Assembly: GCA_000004985.1 (NCBI GenBank)
Contig: GG738880.1
Direction: 5' to 3' (one strand)
Source of the DNA: Naegleria gruberi
Lineage: Eukaryota
Length of the DNA stretch: 64,000 bases
Positions 23,618 to 33,815 of this stretch are shown one piece after another. A model generated the notes under the pieces. The model was given only the letters and a program-made list of their open reading frames with translations, ran no database searches and was not told where the DNA came from. The position numbers and the translations under genes were made by a program. How positions within the stretch are numbered: the stretch's first letter is position 1; each line of letters opens with the position of its first letter.

Positions 23618-24956
23618 TTAACCCTTCACACAAACAATTTGTTTAAGGGTATACAAAATATCTACAAGATCCTTTTGACTTTCCATCACTGCATCAATAT
23701 CCTTGTAAGCTTCTGGTATTTCGTCTAGAACTCCTTCGTCCTTTCTACATTCGACATCTTTGGTTTGTGCCCTTAAATCTTGAACGGTGAAGGTCTTTTT
23801 GGCTTGTCCTCGTGATAGTTTTCTTCCAGCTCCATGTGAACATGAACAATAGCTGTCTGCATTGCCCTTTCCAATAACTATATAAGATTTCTTTCCCATT
23901 GAACCTGGAATAATTCCCAACTCGCCCTTTTTTGCAGATACAGCTCCCTTACGTGTAATGTACAAATCTTCTCCAAAGTGATTTTCTAATTGAGCATAGT
24001 TATGGTGACAATTGACTGCTACGAGATCTGCTTTGAAATTTGGATCTGCCACTTGTCCTCCTCTTCTCAAAGATTTAATCACTTCCTCCATCATTATTTT
24101 TCTATTGAATTTTGCAAAGTCAGACGCCCAATTTAATGCAAACCAATATTCATCAAAATAGTTAGTTCCCTTAGTGAGATAGGCCAAATCTTGATTTCCA
24201 TTTGGCAGGTAACCATATGTTTTTAACATATCTTCCTTTGCCAGATCAATAAACACACGTCCAATCATATTTCCAACGCCTCTTGATCCAGAATGTAACA
24301 TAATCCAAACCTGGTCTGTTTCATCGAGGCAAATTTCTATAAAATGATTTCCTCCTCCCAAGGTTCCCAAGTGGTTAATATGATTTGATTCTTCAATGCT
24401 ATCTCTATAGGATTGCTTGATATCTTTAAAGTTTAATATTCTTTCAAAACCATTGTGTAGTTGAGTATCCCAAAGGTCAACAACAGAATTTGGCATATTT
24501 CCCTTTTCATGTTTTCCAAATCCGACTGGGATGACCTTCTCAATGCTATTTCTGATACTTGCGAGCGATTTCAAATCAGTGGCCTTTAAACTTGTCTTGA
24601 CTGCACACATTCCACATCCAATGTCCACTCCAACTGCTGCAGGAATAAGGGCTGTTTTTGTGGGAATAACTGTGCCCACTGTACAACCTTTGCCCATGTG
24701 AACATCGGGCATGACAGCAATGTGTCCATGAATGATTCCTTTTTAAGAATTAGATTTGCAAAACGTAAAATTGGTAAGAACACGTACCCGAATTTCTCAC
24801 TCCAATTAATTGCTTCTTGGCTTCCTCCTCGATAGGTTCCACCTTTGATGTCCAATATTTAGCTTCTGCAAAATTGAATTTTGATTGGCTTGTAGAGAAG
24901 CATCTCAATCCCCTTGTTGATTGGTTCAGAAAATTCTTTAGAAGTAGTATTGACAT
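23618..24956 (-). CDS. rtcB: RtcB RNA 3'-phosphate ligase, bacterial (E. coli) type, with N-terminal presequence-like extension, 2 exons
   Basis: Exon 1 is 24788..24956 (ATG MSILLLKNFLNQSTRGLRCFSTSQ... then AEAKYWTSKVEPIEEEAKKQLIGV). Intron 24739..24787 (GTACGT...TTAAAAAG, 49 bp, phase 1). Exon 2 is 23618..24738. Splicing gives ...RNSG|IIHGHIAVMPDVHMGKGCTVGTVIPTKTALIPAAVGVDIGCGM. Metal-site motifs NHLGTLGGGNHFIE, HSGSRGVG, NCHHNY and SCSHGAGR are present. The MPDVH(L/M)GKG...GVDIGCGM pattern is characteristic of the E. coli-type RtcB clade; eukaryotic HSPC117 has MPDAHWGYG instead. Confidence 0.8.
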
Positions 24957-25060
24957 TTTTTTTGATCTTCTTCCCAATCAAAATGGAACTTTGAAAGAAA
25001 ATGGCTGATTGATGTATTTAAATTTTCATTGATTTTTTAATATAATTATTGTAAAATAAT

Positions 25061-25728
25061 TTACAATTGTTCTTCATAAATGTTTAATTCGACATTGAAC
25101 ATGTCTCCAAATCTAATTACCATTTTGCCTGGTTTGGTGGCTTTTAATTTTACAAAATAGAAAAATTCCACATCATCTCCTTGTAAAATATCCATTGTCG
25201 AATCAGCTTCCTAAATTAGTAAATTGTATTATTTTAAAATAAATAATTAAATAATTATTAATAAATCCTCACCTTTGATAAAACTTCCGAACTAACAATC
25301 ACACAACTTGCCGAATATTCCTGTGATTCATCAAAGTTCGGATTTAAAAAGTCTGAAATTGTATGGCTCTTAAAACTTGATGAAGAATCCTCGAGTTGAG
25401 CAGGTGGTTTTGGCTCTCTAATCTTGTACAAATCTCCCTTTGTATATTTATTTGATGAATAATACACTACAAAATATTTAATAATATTTAAATATATTAT
25501 AATATTACAAAAAATAATATCATCCAATTATGATCATAATTTTACTTCCTGATAATCAATATTATTAAACCTACCATCAATTTCCGATCCAACACTTTTT
25601 ACTATTGAAATTTGTTTAACTTGTTTTCTATTTTCCAAAGCACCTAAAAATACAGCTTCCTTCCTTCTCTTTTCCAATTCCATGTTTTGTTTGGAGAGGG
25701 AGGAGAGATTTGATCGTGATGAGAACAT
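25061..25728 (-). CDS. Hypothetical small protein, 3 exons
   Basis: Exon 1 is 25575..25728 (ATG MFSSRSNLSSLSKQNMELEKRRKEAVFLGALENRKQVKQISIVKSVGSEID). Intron 25467..25574 (GTAGGT...TTTGTAG, phase 1). Exon 2 is 25273..25466 (VYYSSNKYTKGDLYKIREPKPP...SEVLSK). Intron 25212..25272 (GTGAGG...TTTAG, phase 0). Exon 3 is 25061..25211 (EADSTMDILQGDDVEFFYFVKLKATKPGKMVIRFGDMFNVELNIYEEQL*). All phases are consistent; no family assigned. Confidence 0.45.
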
Positions 25729-26048
25729 TTTTTTTGAGATGGAAGCTGGTGAGTTTCGAATGTTGATGAAGAATGTTTCCTTCTTTGAACTTGTTTTTGT
25801 CAGTGAATTTAAATGATTGATTCAAGATCTCAAAAGAATTGAAATATAACATAATATCAATACACTACTTTCAATATTGTAAAGAAAAGAAATGCATTAT
25901 GATTGGTGTCTGTAACATTTCGTTCACCTTCTCAAACAAATATTCCATAACGGCCAAAATTATCCAAGCGAAACTTTTCGTTCACTTTCCATCATCATAA
26001 AAAAGACAAACAACCTAACCGTCCAGACCTAACCACCAATTCATCATC

Positions 26049-26492
26049 ATGTCATTCAAAATATTCACTTCCTCACAATCCATCTTCATAGTGGCCATTC
26101 TATGCCTCTTCCTTCCACTCCTCATCAATGCCGAAGTTTTGCCACCTCACAAGAGACCTTTCCCAGCAGCAAGCATTGTTGCAGCATGTATTGCAGGTGG
26201 CATTGTTTTGGCGGGAATGACTTTGGCCTTTTTGTTGGCTCTCCCTCGTGTCTTGTTGTATTTGAGAAATAAGTTTGTTGTCGAGGAGGAGGAAGATGAA
26301 GAGGAGAATCAAGATGCCGCTCAAGTGGCCAATAATTCGGTTGTTGCAGGTGGCAGTACCGGTAATGCAAATGTTTCTGCAACTACGGTAAATGGCGGGA
26401 ATAATGTAGAGTTGAAGAGTGTGAGTTCTTCGGGATTGTCGAATAATTCATCAAGTGTTGTGCATTCATCGGCTGCCAATTTGGATAATTAA
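26049..26492 (+). CDS. Small type I membrane protein (signal peptide + one TM + acidic and Ser/Asn-rich tail), hypothetical
   Basis: 147 aa. Signal-like IFIVAILCLFLPLLINA; TM helix AASIVAACIAGGIVLAGMTLAFLLAL; followed by an EEEEDEEENQ tract. Confidence 0.4.
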   Translation: MSFKIFTSSQSIFIVAILCLFLPLLINAEVLPPHKRPFPAASIVAACIAGGIVLAGMTLAFLLALPRVLLYLRNKFVVEEEEDEEENQDAAQVANNSVVAGGSTGNANVSATTVNGGNNVELKSVSSSGLSNNSSSVVHSSAANLDN

Positions 26493-26838
26493 AATGTGAA
26501 GTGAAATTTAATTGTATAATAAATATGTTTTAGATAATGAAATTGTTTGAAAATATTAAAAATTAATTTTTCCAATTTAGGATTGTAATAATATTATAGA
26601 TGTTGGTATTTACAATTTAAATTTAAAAAAATTTCATCAATTTCATCGTGTGATTGTTATGTAACTTTTAAAAATTTCATCAATTTCATTGAAATGGAGG
26701 TAACCTAGTAAATAATCGCTCTAGTATTCTAATTAATTAACTATTTAAAGAGGAATGTTGTTTTCGGAGCAGCTTTATATTAAAAAAAGAGCCTAAATTA
26801 ATCTTCTGATCAATTAATAATAATAATAGAAGAAAATA

Positions 26839-29800
26839 ATGTTGGGAATGATTAGGAACTACATACACGAATTTAAAGAAAATGTATTTTGCTCTTGGAT
26901 TTGGCCTGATTTACTTGATCCGATCAAGAATTCGTCTAAAGGGTTCAAAGTCTATGAGAAGGAAAATTTGAATGTTAGAGAGGCAACCACAGAGGAGCAA
27001 TCATATTATGAACATCAATTCAAACTCATTAAAGAAGCAACTGTTGGTATGGAGTTTAATGTTGATGATAATTTAAGCAACAATAGGGAGATGACAGATT
27101 CAACGATGAGCATTGGTAAAACAATTGTCTTGTTGCATAGATTGGTGGGTTGGGTTTTGATTCAAATGATTGGGGTGACTCTGTTCATTAAATTGTGTGA
27201 TAGTGTTGCCTTGTATATGAAGAGAAGGGTGTTTGAGTTGTTTGAGAAGGAAAATATTGAAAGCTCTGACTTGCTGTGGTCTGCCACCTTTTATTTGAAG
27301 ATGGAATTCATTTTCAAGAACTTGAACAGATTCTCTGATAATTATGTTTACATGAAGCAAAATTACAGAAAAACTGTAATCTCAAATAGTATGCAAAGTA
27401 TGGTACTGAGAAAATTATCAAAACTGAGCTACATCCAAAAGTTGACCAAGTTCAATTTTGGAATAGTGGATACAATATTAGAGCAAGATGTTCAGTCGGT
27501 GTGCTCTAACATGTATGATCTCCCACGTTTCTATTCACATATTTTCTATGTTTTGCTATGTGTACTTGCTATATATGATTTGGTTGGATTTAAAGCTACT
27601 TTGATAGGCATGCTATTTCTTTTTGTCTCCTCTCCATTTTACTATCATTGTTTGAAGAAACGAGAGGCCAATTCTGATAGAATTACAAAATTGTGTGATC
27701 AGAAATCTAGTACATTATCCCAGTTTATTCAATCTATTCGATTGATCAAAATTTACACATTGGAAAATAGATTTGTTGAGAAGATTTCTAAAATTCAAGA
27801 ATCCTTCAAGATTCATATGAAATCGACAGAATTTCTTAATTTTATTATTGATGCAATTTACTTTGTACAGAGTTTTGTTGTATCATCATTGTGCTTTTTT
27901 ATTTACTGCTACATTGATGAAAATCCTCTCAAGTTGAGCACAGCCCTTACAGTTGTTACATTAGCAGACTCCCTAAAGTATCCTTTATATGCAATTTCCA
28001 GAAATTTTCAATCAATTATGAATAAGAGGCTTGCCATTCGAAGACTTGGTCATTTATTGAATAGTCCAGAACATTCACAGCACAAGAATCATACTGATTC
28101 TTCAATTGTTGAGATGGAAAATGTTTGTGCTAGTTGGTCTATATCTGAAGAGGATGATACAAATTATTGCATCCAAGATGTTAGCACAACAATCAAAAAG
28201 GGCGAACATATTGGTATTATTGGCAAAGTTGCTAGTGGTAAGAGTTCATTGATTTGCTCTATATTGAATGAAACGCATATCGCAGAGGGTATTGTAAGGA
28301 TTAAGGAAAATTTGAAAATTTCATATGTTTCTCAATCACCTTGGATTAGAAATTCTACAATCAAGGAAAACATTATTTTTGGATGTGCAAACTTTGACAA
28401 GAGCAGATATGAACGTGCATTATTTGCTGCTGACTTTAAATCTGATGTTGAGGAAATGCCAAATGGTCATGATCAAGTAATTGGAGAGCGTGGAATTAAT
28501 TTGAGTGGAGGTCAAAAGACAAGATTAGCACTTGCCAGAGCACTTTATCACAATTCTGATTTATACATTTTTGATGATATTTTTTCAGCAGTTGACATTC
28601 ATACAGCTGACAACATCATTAAGAGAGTATTTGTTGGGGAAAACGCCTTCCTTAAAGATAAGACCGTTATTCTTTCTACTCACTTACTTAAATTAATTCC
28701 TCACATGGATAGAACAATAGTTATGGATAAGGGGAGAATAGTTTTACAAGGTAATTATGACTTTTTGATTGGAAAATTGGAAGAAACTGTGGCTTTACGT
28801 GAGCTCTTTGAATCGGCTACCCATTCTGTTAACAGCAATATAGAAGAAAATCAAGAAAAAACCTCCCAAGACAAAGCACTTGATGAAGAAGAAGAGGAAA
28901 GAGAACCTGAACAAGCTGAAGTATCACAAGCTGATACATCCCAAGCCGACGGTCCTTCATTCTCTCTCATTAGACAATTTTTATTCTCAATTCCCAAGAG
29001 TGCAATTTATCTCTCTGCACTGGTTGCCTTTTCTCTTCTTGAGCCTGTTTCAGGAATTCTTAAAGACTATATATTATCTGAATGGTCAACTGATGAGGAG
29101 TTTATTTATCACTCACTCACATTTTACTTGATAATGTACATTTCACAAGGCTTTATCCAAATGTTTGCAATTACCTTGATCACTCATATTTCTAATAATT
29201 TCTTATATGAACTTGCTGATGTGTTCCAAGAAAAGTTAATCTTACAAATATCAAGAACAAAGCTCAGACACTTTGAAGATATTCCAAGTGGAAAAATTTT
29301 GGACAATATTAGATATATCAATGAAATTAGAGATAATATTAGTTTTAGGTTGCGAGATTTGCTGAGAAATAGTTGGCAAGCTATTTGTTCAACTTTTGTT
29401 GTTATTTATTCATTGCCTCTTTCAATACTAATGCTTTTCGTGTCTGTTCCAATCACAAATTATTTCAGAGGTGTCTATACGGATGTTTCTAACAAAATTG
29501 AACAAATCCAAACTGATTTTCATGATCCAACTCCAACAATTAGTGCGGAAATGTTAGATGGTTTGGAGACAATTAGAAGCTATGGTGTTGAGAAATTTGA
29601 ACATCTCATCAACGACATTAGAACTCAAAAAAAGCCAGTTAATAGCCTAGCATACTGTAAGGAACTTGCATTTTTTTGGTTTTATGCTAGGAATGACTTT
29701 TTCAGAATATTAATTTCCTCCCTTAGTGTTCTTGGAATATTCTTCTATTATTTTTGGAACTATGATCCAAACGCCAATATCAAAATAATTCAGATCACAA

Positions 29801-30729
29801 TAAGCTTATTCTATGTGAGAACTTCACAATTGGTCAGAAGTACAGAGAGGATCATGCATACACTCACCAAGGCAAGAACCTCATTTAATTGTGTTCAAAG
29901 AGTCCAGAAATTTTCAAATTCTATCCAAGAGGAAAATTATGGAGATGACAAAAAATCTCTCATTCAAGAAAGCACTTCTGACGAAGGATTGAGTGTTAGT
30001 TTTGATAATATTTCTATGAAATATCGTGAAGAACAAGATTTAGTTATCAAGAATGTAACATTTAGTGTTGCTCCCGGCAGCAAATGTGCAATTGTTGGTA
30101 GAACAGCAAGTGGGAAATCCTCATTATTCAATTGCTTGTTAAGGTTCCAAGAAATTGAGAATGCTAATAACAGTGGAATTTATTTGAATGGAACTGATGT
30201 GAGAGATATTTCATTACGCACTTTGAGAACATCTATTTCCTTCATTCCTCAATCCCCAGTGCTATTTTTGGGAACTTTGAGAGAAAACCTCGACTTTAAT
30301 AATTATAATACTGATGAGGAAATTTGGCGTGCTATTGAACAGGTTGGAATTGATAAATTACTCGAAAGAAAGGTCTGCAAAGATAATCCAAACATTAAGG
30401 AAATTTTAGACTATTCAATTTCTGAAAATGGAAGCAACTTTTCATGTGGAGAAAAACAATTAATCTGCTTGGCTAGAAGTATTTTGAAAAAATCCAAATT
30501 ACTTTTAATGGATGAAGCCACAGCCAATGTTGACTCATTCACCGATTCTCAAATTCAAAAGACTCTTCGTGGGCCACTATTCAACAATTGCACCATCATT
30601 ACCATTGCTCACAGAATTGAAACTGTTAAAGATTATGATAGAATTATCTTGATGAAATTGGGAGAAATTGAAATGAATGATACTCCATCTCGAGTTTTAC
30701 AATACTATGTAGAGAATTACAATCAATAA
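26839..30729 (+). CDS. ABC transporter, ABCC (MRP) subfamily, full transporter (TMD-NBD-TMD-NBD)
   Basis: 1296-aa single ORF with two nucleotide-binding domains. NBD1: Walker A GKVASGKSS, signature LSGGQKTRLALARALY, Walker B LYIFDD. NBD2: GRTASGKSS, FSCGEKQLICLARSIL, LLLMDEATANVD. Two six-helix TMD blocks. Confidence 0.8.
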   Translation: MLGMIRNYIHEFKENVFCSWIWPDLLDPIKNSSKGFKVYEKENLNVREATTEEQSYYEHQFKLIKEATVGMEFNVDDNLSNNREMTDSTMSIGKTIVLLHRLVGWVLIQMIGVTLFIKLCDSVALYMKRRVFELFEKENIESSDLLWSATFYLKMEFIFKNLNRFSDNYVYMKQNYRKTVISNSMQSMVLRKLSKLSYIQKLTKFNFGIVDTILEQDVQSVCSNMYDLPRFYSHIFYVLLCVLAIYDLVGFKATLIGMLFLFVSSPFYYHCLKKREANSDRITKLCDQKSSTLSQFIQSIRLIKIYTLENRFVEKISKIQESFKIHMKSTEFLNFIIDAIYFVQSFVVSSLCFFIYCYIDENPLKLSTALTVVTLADSLKYPLYAISRNFQSIMNKRLAIRRLGHLLNSPEHSQHKNHTDSSIVEMENVCASWSISEEDDTNYCIQDVSTTIKKGEHIGIIGKVASGKSSLICSILNETHIAEGIVRIKENLKISYVSQSPWIRNSTIKENIIFGCANFDKSRYERALFAADFKSDVEEMPNGHDQVIGERGINLSGGQKTRLALARALYHNSDLYIFDDIFSAVDIHTADNIIKRVFVGENAFLKDKTVILSTHLLKLIPHMDRTIVMDKGRIVLQGNYDFLIGKLEETVALRELFESATHSVNSNIEENQEKTSQDKALDEEEEEREPEQAEVSQADTSQADGPSFSLIRQFLFSIPKSAIYLSALVAFSLLEPVSGILKDYILSEWSTDEEFIYHSLTFYLIMYISQGFIQMFAITLITHISNNFLYELADVFQEKLILQISRTKLRHFEDIPSGKILDNIRYINEIRDNISFRLRDLLRNSWQAICSTFVVIYSLPLSILMLFVSVPITNYFRGVYTDVSNKIEQIQTDFHDPTPTISAEMLDGLETIRSYGVEKFEHLINDIRTQKKPVNSLAYCKELAFFWFYARNDFFRILISSLSVLGIFFYYFWNYDPNANIKIIQITISLFYVRTSQLVRSTERIMHTLTKARTSFNCVQRVQKFSNSIQEENYGDDKKSLIQESTSDEGLSVSFDNISMKYREEQDLVIKNVTFSVAPGSKCAIVGRTASGKSSLFNCLLRFQEIENANNSGIYLNGTDVRDISLRTLRTSISFIPQSPVLFLGTLRENLDFNNYNTDEEIWRAIEQVGIDKLLERKVCKDNPNIKEILDYSISENGSNFSCGEKQLICLARSILKKSKLLLMDEATANVDSFTDSQIQKTLRGPLFNNCTIITIAHRIETVKDYDRIILMKLGEIEMNDTPSRVLQYYVENYNQ

Positions 30730-30873
30730 TAAACAAAAAGATTGAAAATGGAAATCTTCATCTGTGTGAACGATGTCAAAAATGGAACTTTTAATGTGAA
30801 ATTCAATTTTACTACTAATATCACTACCAGGTAAGCTATTAAAAACTAGTGTAGCGATTCTTGCTTATTGCCT

Positions 30874-31123
30874 GTGGCGGACTGATGTTGGGATGTATCC
30901 GAAGTAAGTGGCGGAAAAGTTAACACAGACTGAAACCAGTGGCGGTACACCAGTTTTTGCTTGGGTGATTGAATCTTATCTGGTAGTGAAAATCCGAAAA
31001 TTTTGGATTCATGTTAATTTCTGTAGTTTAGAAAGGCGCATTCACTTCTCATTGTAACCAAACTTAACTTCCCGCCAACACCAATCACATTTCACATCTT
31101 GGCGCCTTTTCTCGAACCGTTAC
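30874..31123. promoter_or_regulatory. GC-rich motif cluster in the alpha-tubulin upstream region: 3x GTGGCGG, E2F-like TTCCCGCCAA and CTTGGCGCC, Myb-like AACCGTTAC
   Basis: GTGGCGG at 30874, 30908 and 30939 (spacing about 31-34 bp). TTCCCGCCAA at 31069..31078 (reverse complement TTGGCGGGAA). TTGGCGCC at 31099..31106. ACCGTTAC at 31116..31123. All lie within 400 bp 5' of the tubulin ATG in an otherwise AT-rich spacer. Confidence 0.3.
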
Positions 31124-31246
31124 ACACAAAAAATCACATAAATCCTCCACAACCTGCCACCTTTCACACCAACAAAAAAAAAATAACATTACACTTCTCA
31201 TTATAAGAAGCTAGTATAAACTAAACTAAACTAATCCAAACTAAAG

Positions 31247-32605
31247 ATGAGAGAAATTATCAATATTCACATTGGTCAAGCCGGTATCCAAGCTGGTGAA
31301 CAAGTCTGGTCCTTGATGTGTGCCGAACATGCAATCAACCAAGATGGTACTCGTAACATTGACTCTACCAATGGCAACTCTGATTGTTCAGTTTTATTCA
31401 GTGAATCTGCTCGTGGTCGTTACGTTCCACGTAATTTGATGGTTGACTTGGAACCATCAGTTGTTGACAGTGTCAGAAATAGTTCTTTCAAGGAATTGTA
31501 TCATCCAGCTCAAATGATTACTGGTCGTGAAGATGCTGCTAATAATTTTGCACGTGGTCATTATACTGTTGGTAAAGACATGTTGGATGTGACTGTTGAC
31601 AGATTGAGAAAGATTGCTGATAATTGTACTTCATTGCAAGGATTCCAAATTTTCCATTCAGTTGGTGGTGGTACTGGTTCTGGATTTGCTTCACTTTTAG
31701 TTGAAAGACTTTCAGTTGAATTCCCAAAGAAATGTAAACTTTCGTATACAGTTTATCCATCTCCTCAATTGGCCACTTCAGTTGTTGAACCATACAATTC
31801 AGTCTTGTCAACTCATTCCTTATTAGAACACAATGATATCTCAGTTGTTTTGGACAACCAAGCCATTTACGATATTTGTAAACAACGTTTAAAGATTGAA
31901 AGAGCAAATTATCGTAATTTAAATCACGTCATTTCTCAAACAGTTTCTGCCATTACCTGCTCATTGAGATTCTCTGGATCATTGAATGTAGATATGAATG
32001 AATATCAAACTAATTTAGTTCCATATCCAAGAATTCATTTCATGTTATCTTCATTGGCTCCAATGATTTCACGTCAAGAAAATTATTATCATGATAATAA
32101 TGTTGCAGAGTTGACTTCATCTGTTTTTGAAGCTGATAATATGATGGCTAAGTGTAATCCAAGAGATGGAAAGTATATTGCTTCTTGTTTGATGTATAGA
32201 GGTGATATTGTTAATAAGGAAGTTACTGATGCTGTCAAAAATGTCAAATCAAAGGCAAATATTCAATTTGTTGATTGGTCTCCATGTGCTTTCAAGATTG
32301 GTGTCAATTCTCAAAAGCCAACTGTTTTGCCAGATTCTGAATTTGCTCAAGTTGACAGATCATGTGCCATGATTTCGAATAACACTGCCATTTCACAAGT
32401 ATTCGAAAGAATGAACGACAAGTTTGATTTACTTTATGCTAAACGTGCCTATGTCCATCACTTTGTTTCTGAAGGTATGGAAGAAGGTGAATTTGCTGAA
32501 GCTCGTGAAGATTTGGCTGCCTTGGAAAAGGATTATACTGAACTTGCTTCCAATTCAGTTGCTGAAGAAGATTCCATGTTGGATGAAGGTGAAACTTTGA
32601 ACTAA
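31247..32605 (+). CDS. Alpha-tubulin (divergent), single exon
   Basis: 452 aa. [21 protein letters not shown]...[23 protein letters not shown]..., with a C-terminal acidic tail [16 protein letters not shown]-binding motifs are conserved. Confidence 0.9.
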   Translation: MREIINIHIGQAGIQAGEQVWSLMCAEHAINQDGTRNIDSTNGNSDCSVLFSESARGRYVPRNLMVDLEPSVVDSVRNSSFKELYHPAQMITGREDAANNFARGHYTVGKDMLDVTVDRLRKIADNCTSLQGFQIFHSVGGGTGSGFASLLVERLSVEFPKKCKLSYTVYPSPQLATSVVEPYNSVLSTHSLLEHNDISVVLDNQAIYDICKQRLKIERANYRNLNHVISQTVSAITCSLRFSGSLNVDMNEYQTNLVPYPRIHFMLSSLAPMISRQENYYHDNNVAELTSSVFEADNMMAKCNPRDGKYIASCLMYRGDIVNKEVTDAVKNVKSKANIQFVDWSPCAFKIGVNSQKPTVLPDSEFAQVDRSCAMISNNTAISQVFERMNDKFDLLYAKRAYVHHFVSEGMEEGEFAEAREDLAALEKDYTELASNSVAEEDSMLDEGETLN

Positions 32606-32992
32606 ATGTTTTTCTAACACAAATGTTGGACAAGAAATTTAATATTTAAATTAGGTTTTAAATATCAACTTGTTCAAATAATTAAAACAAATAAATTATT
32701 TAACTTATTCAATATTCACTCTCTATTATGCCTACCGATTATAGTTAAACTCGCAAGCGTAGCAAGAAAATTATTACTAAACTACTTTCAAGTGGTGGTG
32801 GATGTGTTTAAGGAGGAGATTGATATGGTCGTAGCGAAATTTCCATTCAGGGGGTGAAGTCAGATTCTGAAATTGAATTTTTAATGAGAAATGGATGCTG
32901 GTAAGACATGACACAAAATCTTTTCCAACCCAGCTTACGTGGTACCAAAGCTTTTTGTTACTTTGGGAGTATACATTTATTATGAATGTGAA

Positions 32993-33815
32993 GCGTCGAT
33001 GGTTTAGTGGTAGAATACGGCGTTGCCATCGCCGTGACCCGGGTTCAATTCATTTTGATAGTATGAATTATTGTGATTGTGTTTCAATTTGGGAATTTCA
33101 TTTCCCGTTCTCCAACTCTATGTAGGATTTTACTTTTATTAATATTAATTCTTTTTGTTCAAATTTGTGTGCGTCGACCAATTATCAAATTGTCAACATA
33201 CTAGTACATGTATTAAAATCCGTTACCCGATGGTTAATATTCAATTTGTTTATTATGTGTCAATTTCCGTTACCCGATGGTTAATGTTCTATGTTAATTT
33301 TGTAATATAATGTTTTGAACTGTTTCATCATGTAATGTGTTAATTCAAAGTTTGTGAACATCATCAATGAATAAATAATAAATTTTATTGTGATGACTCC
33401 CAATTAGGAAATTCCGTTTCCCTATACCCAATCATCAATATCTTTAATATTACATTATCAAAATTAATGTGTGAAATACATTTAAATAATAATAATTTAA
33501 AAAACATTGTATTAATTCAATTTCAAAATTGAATTCAATTTCCACATTAGGTAATTCCATAACCCGTTACCTAACTTCCAACTTTTATTTCCAACTTTCC
33601 AATATTTCCAACATTCAATGAAAGAACAACATTCAATGAAAAATTGAAGAACAATTCAACATGATGTTTCACATCATGAATTAAAAATAATGAACAGAAT
33701 TCAACGTGATGTTTCACATCATGAATAATAATAAAATACAACATTCATATTTCCATCATAAAATTAAAAGTTAAATGATTCCAAAAAAAGGAAATTTCAA
33801 TTCCCGGTCGACGCA
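32993..33815 (+). tRNA. tRNA-Gly(GCC) gene split in the T-loop by a roughly 750-bp insertion (probable pseudogene)
   Basis: The 5' part at 32993..33051 (GCGTCGATGGTTTAGTGGTAGAATACGGCGTTGCCATCGCCGTGACCCGGGTTCAATTC) folds as acceptor, D, anticodon (GCC) and the 5' side of the T-arm. The 3' part at 33804..33815 (CCGGTCGACGCA) completes the T-stem and acceptor exactly. The 8-bp TTCAATTC is present at both junctions (33044..33051 and 33796..33803). Confidence 0.6.
33052..33803. mobile_element. Non-coding insertion within tRNA-Gly flanked by 8-bp direct duplication TTCAATTC; internally repetitive (non-autonomous element, hAT-like MITE?)
   Basis: No ORF. Repeated about 20-bp subunits GGRAATTYCNTTNCCCGTT near 33098, 33409, 33549 and 33789. 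Tandem copies of TCCGTTACCCGATGGTTAAT (33219 and 33266). Two copies of a 26-bp unit containing the perfect palindrome CATGATG-TTTCA-CATCATG (about 33655..33730). A degenerate inverted copy of the tRNA 3' end (TGCGTCGACCAATTATCAA) sits at about 33170..33190. Confidence 0.4.

Noticed and set aside
26620-26695. Direct repeat AAATTTCATCAATTTCAT (x2) in the spacer before the ABC transporter
   Set aside because: A short, AT-rich, low-complexity duplication. Such repeats are common in this genome's intergenic DNA. No flanking structure suggests a mobile element.
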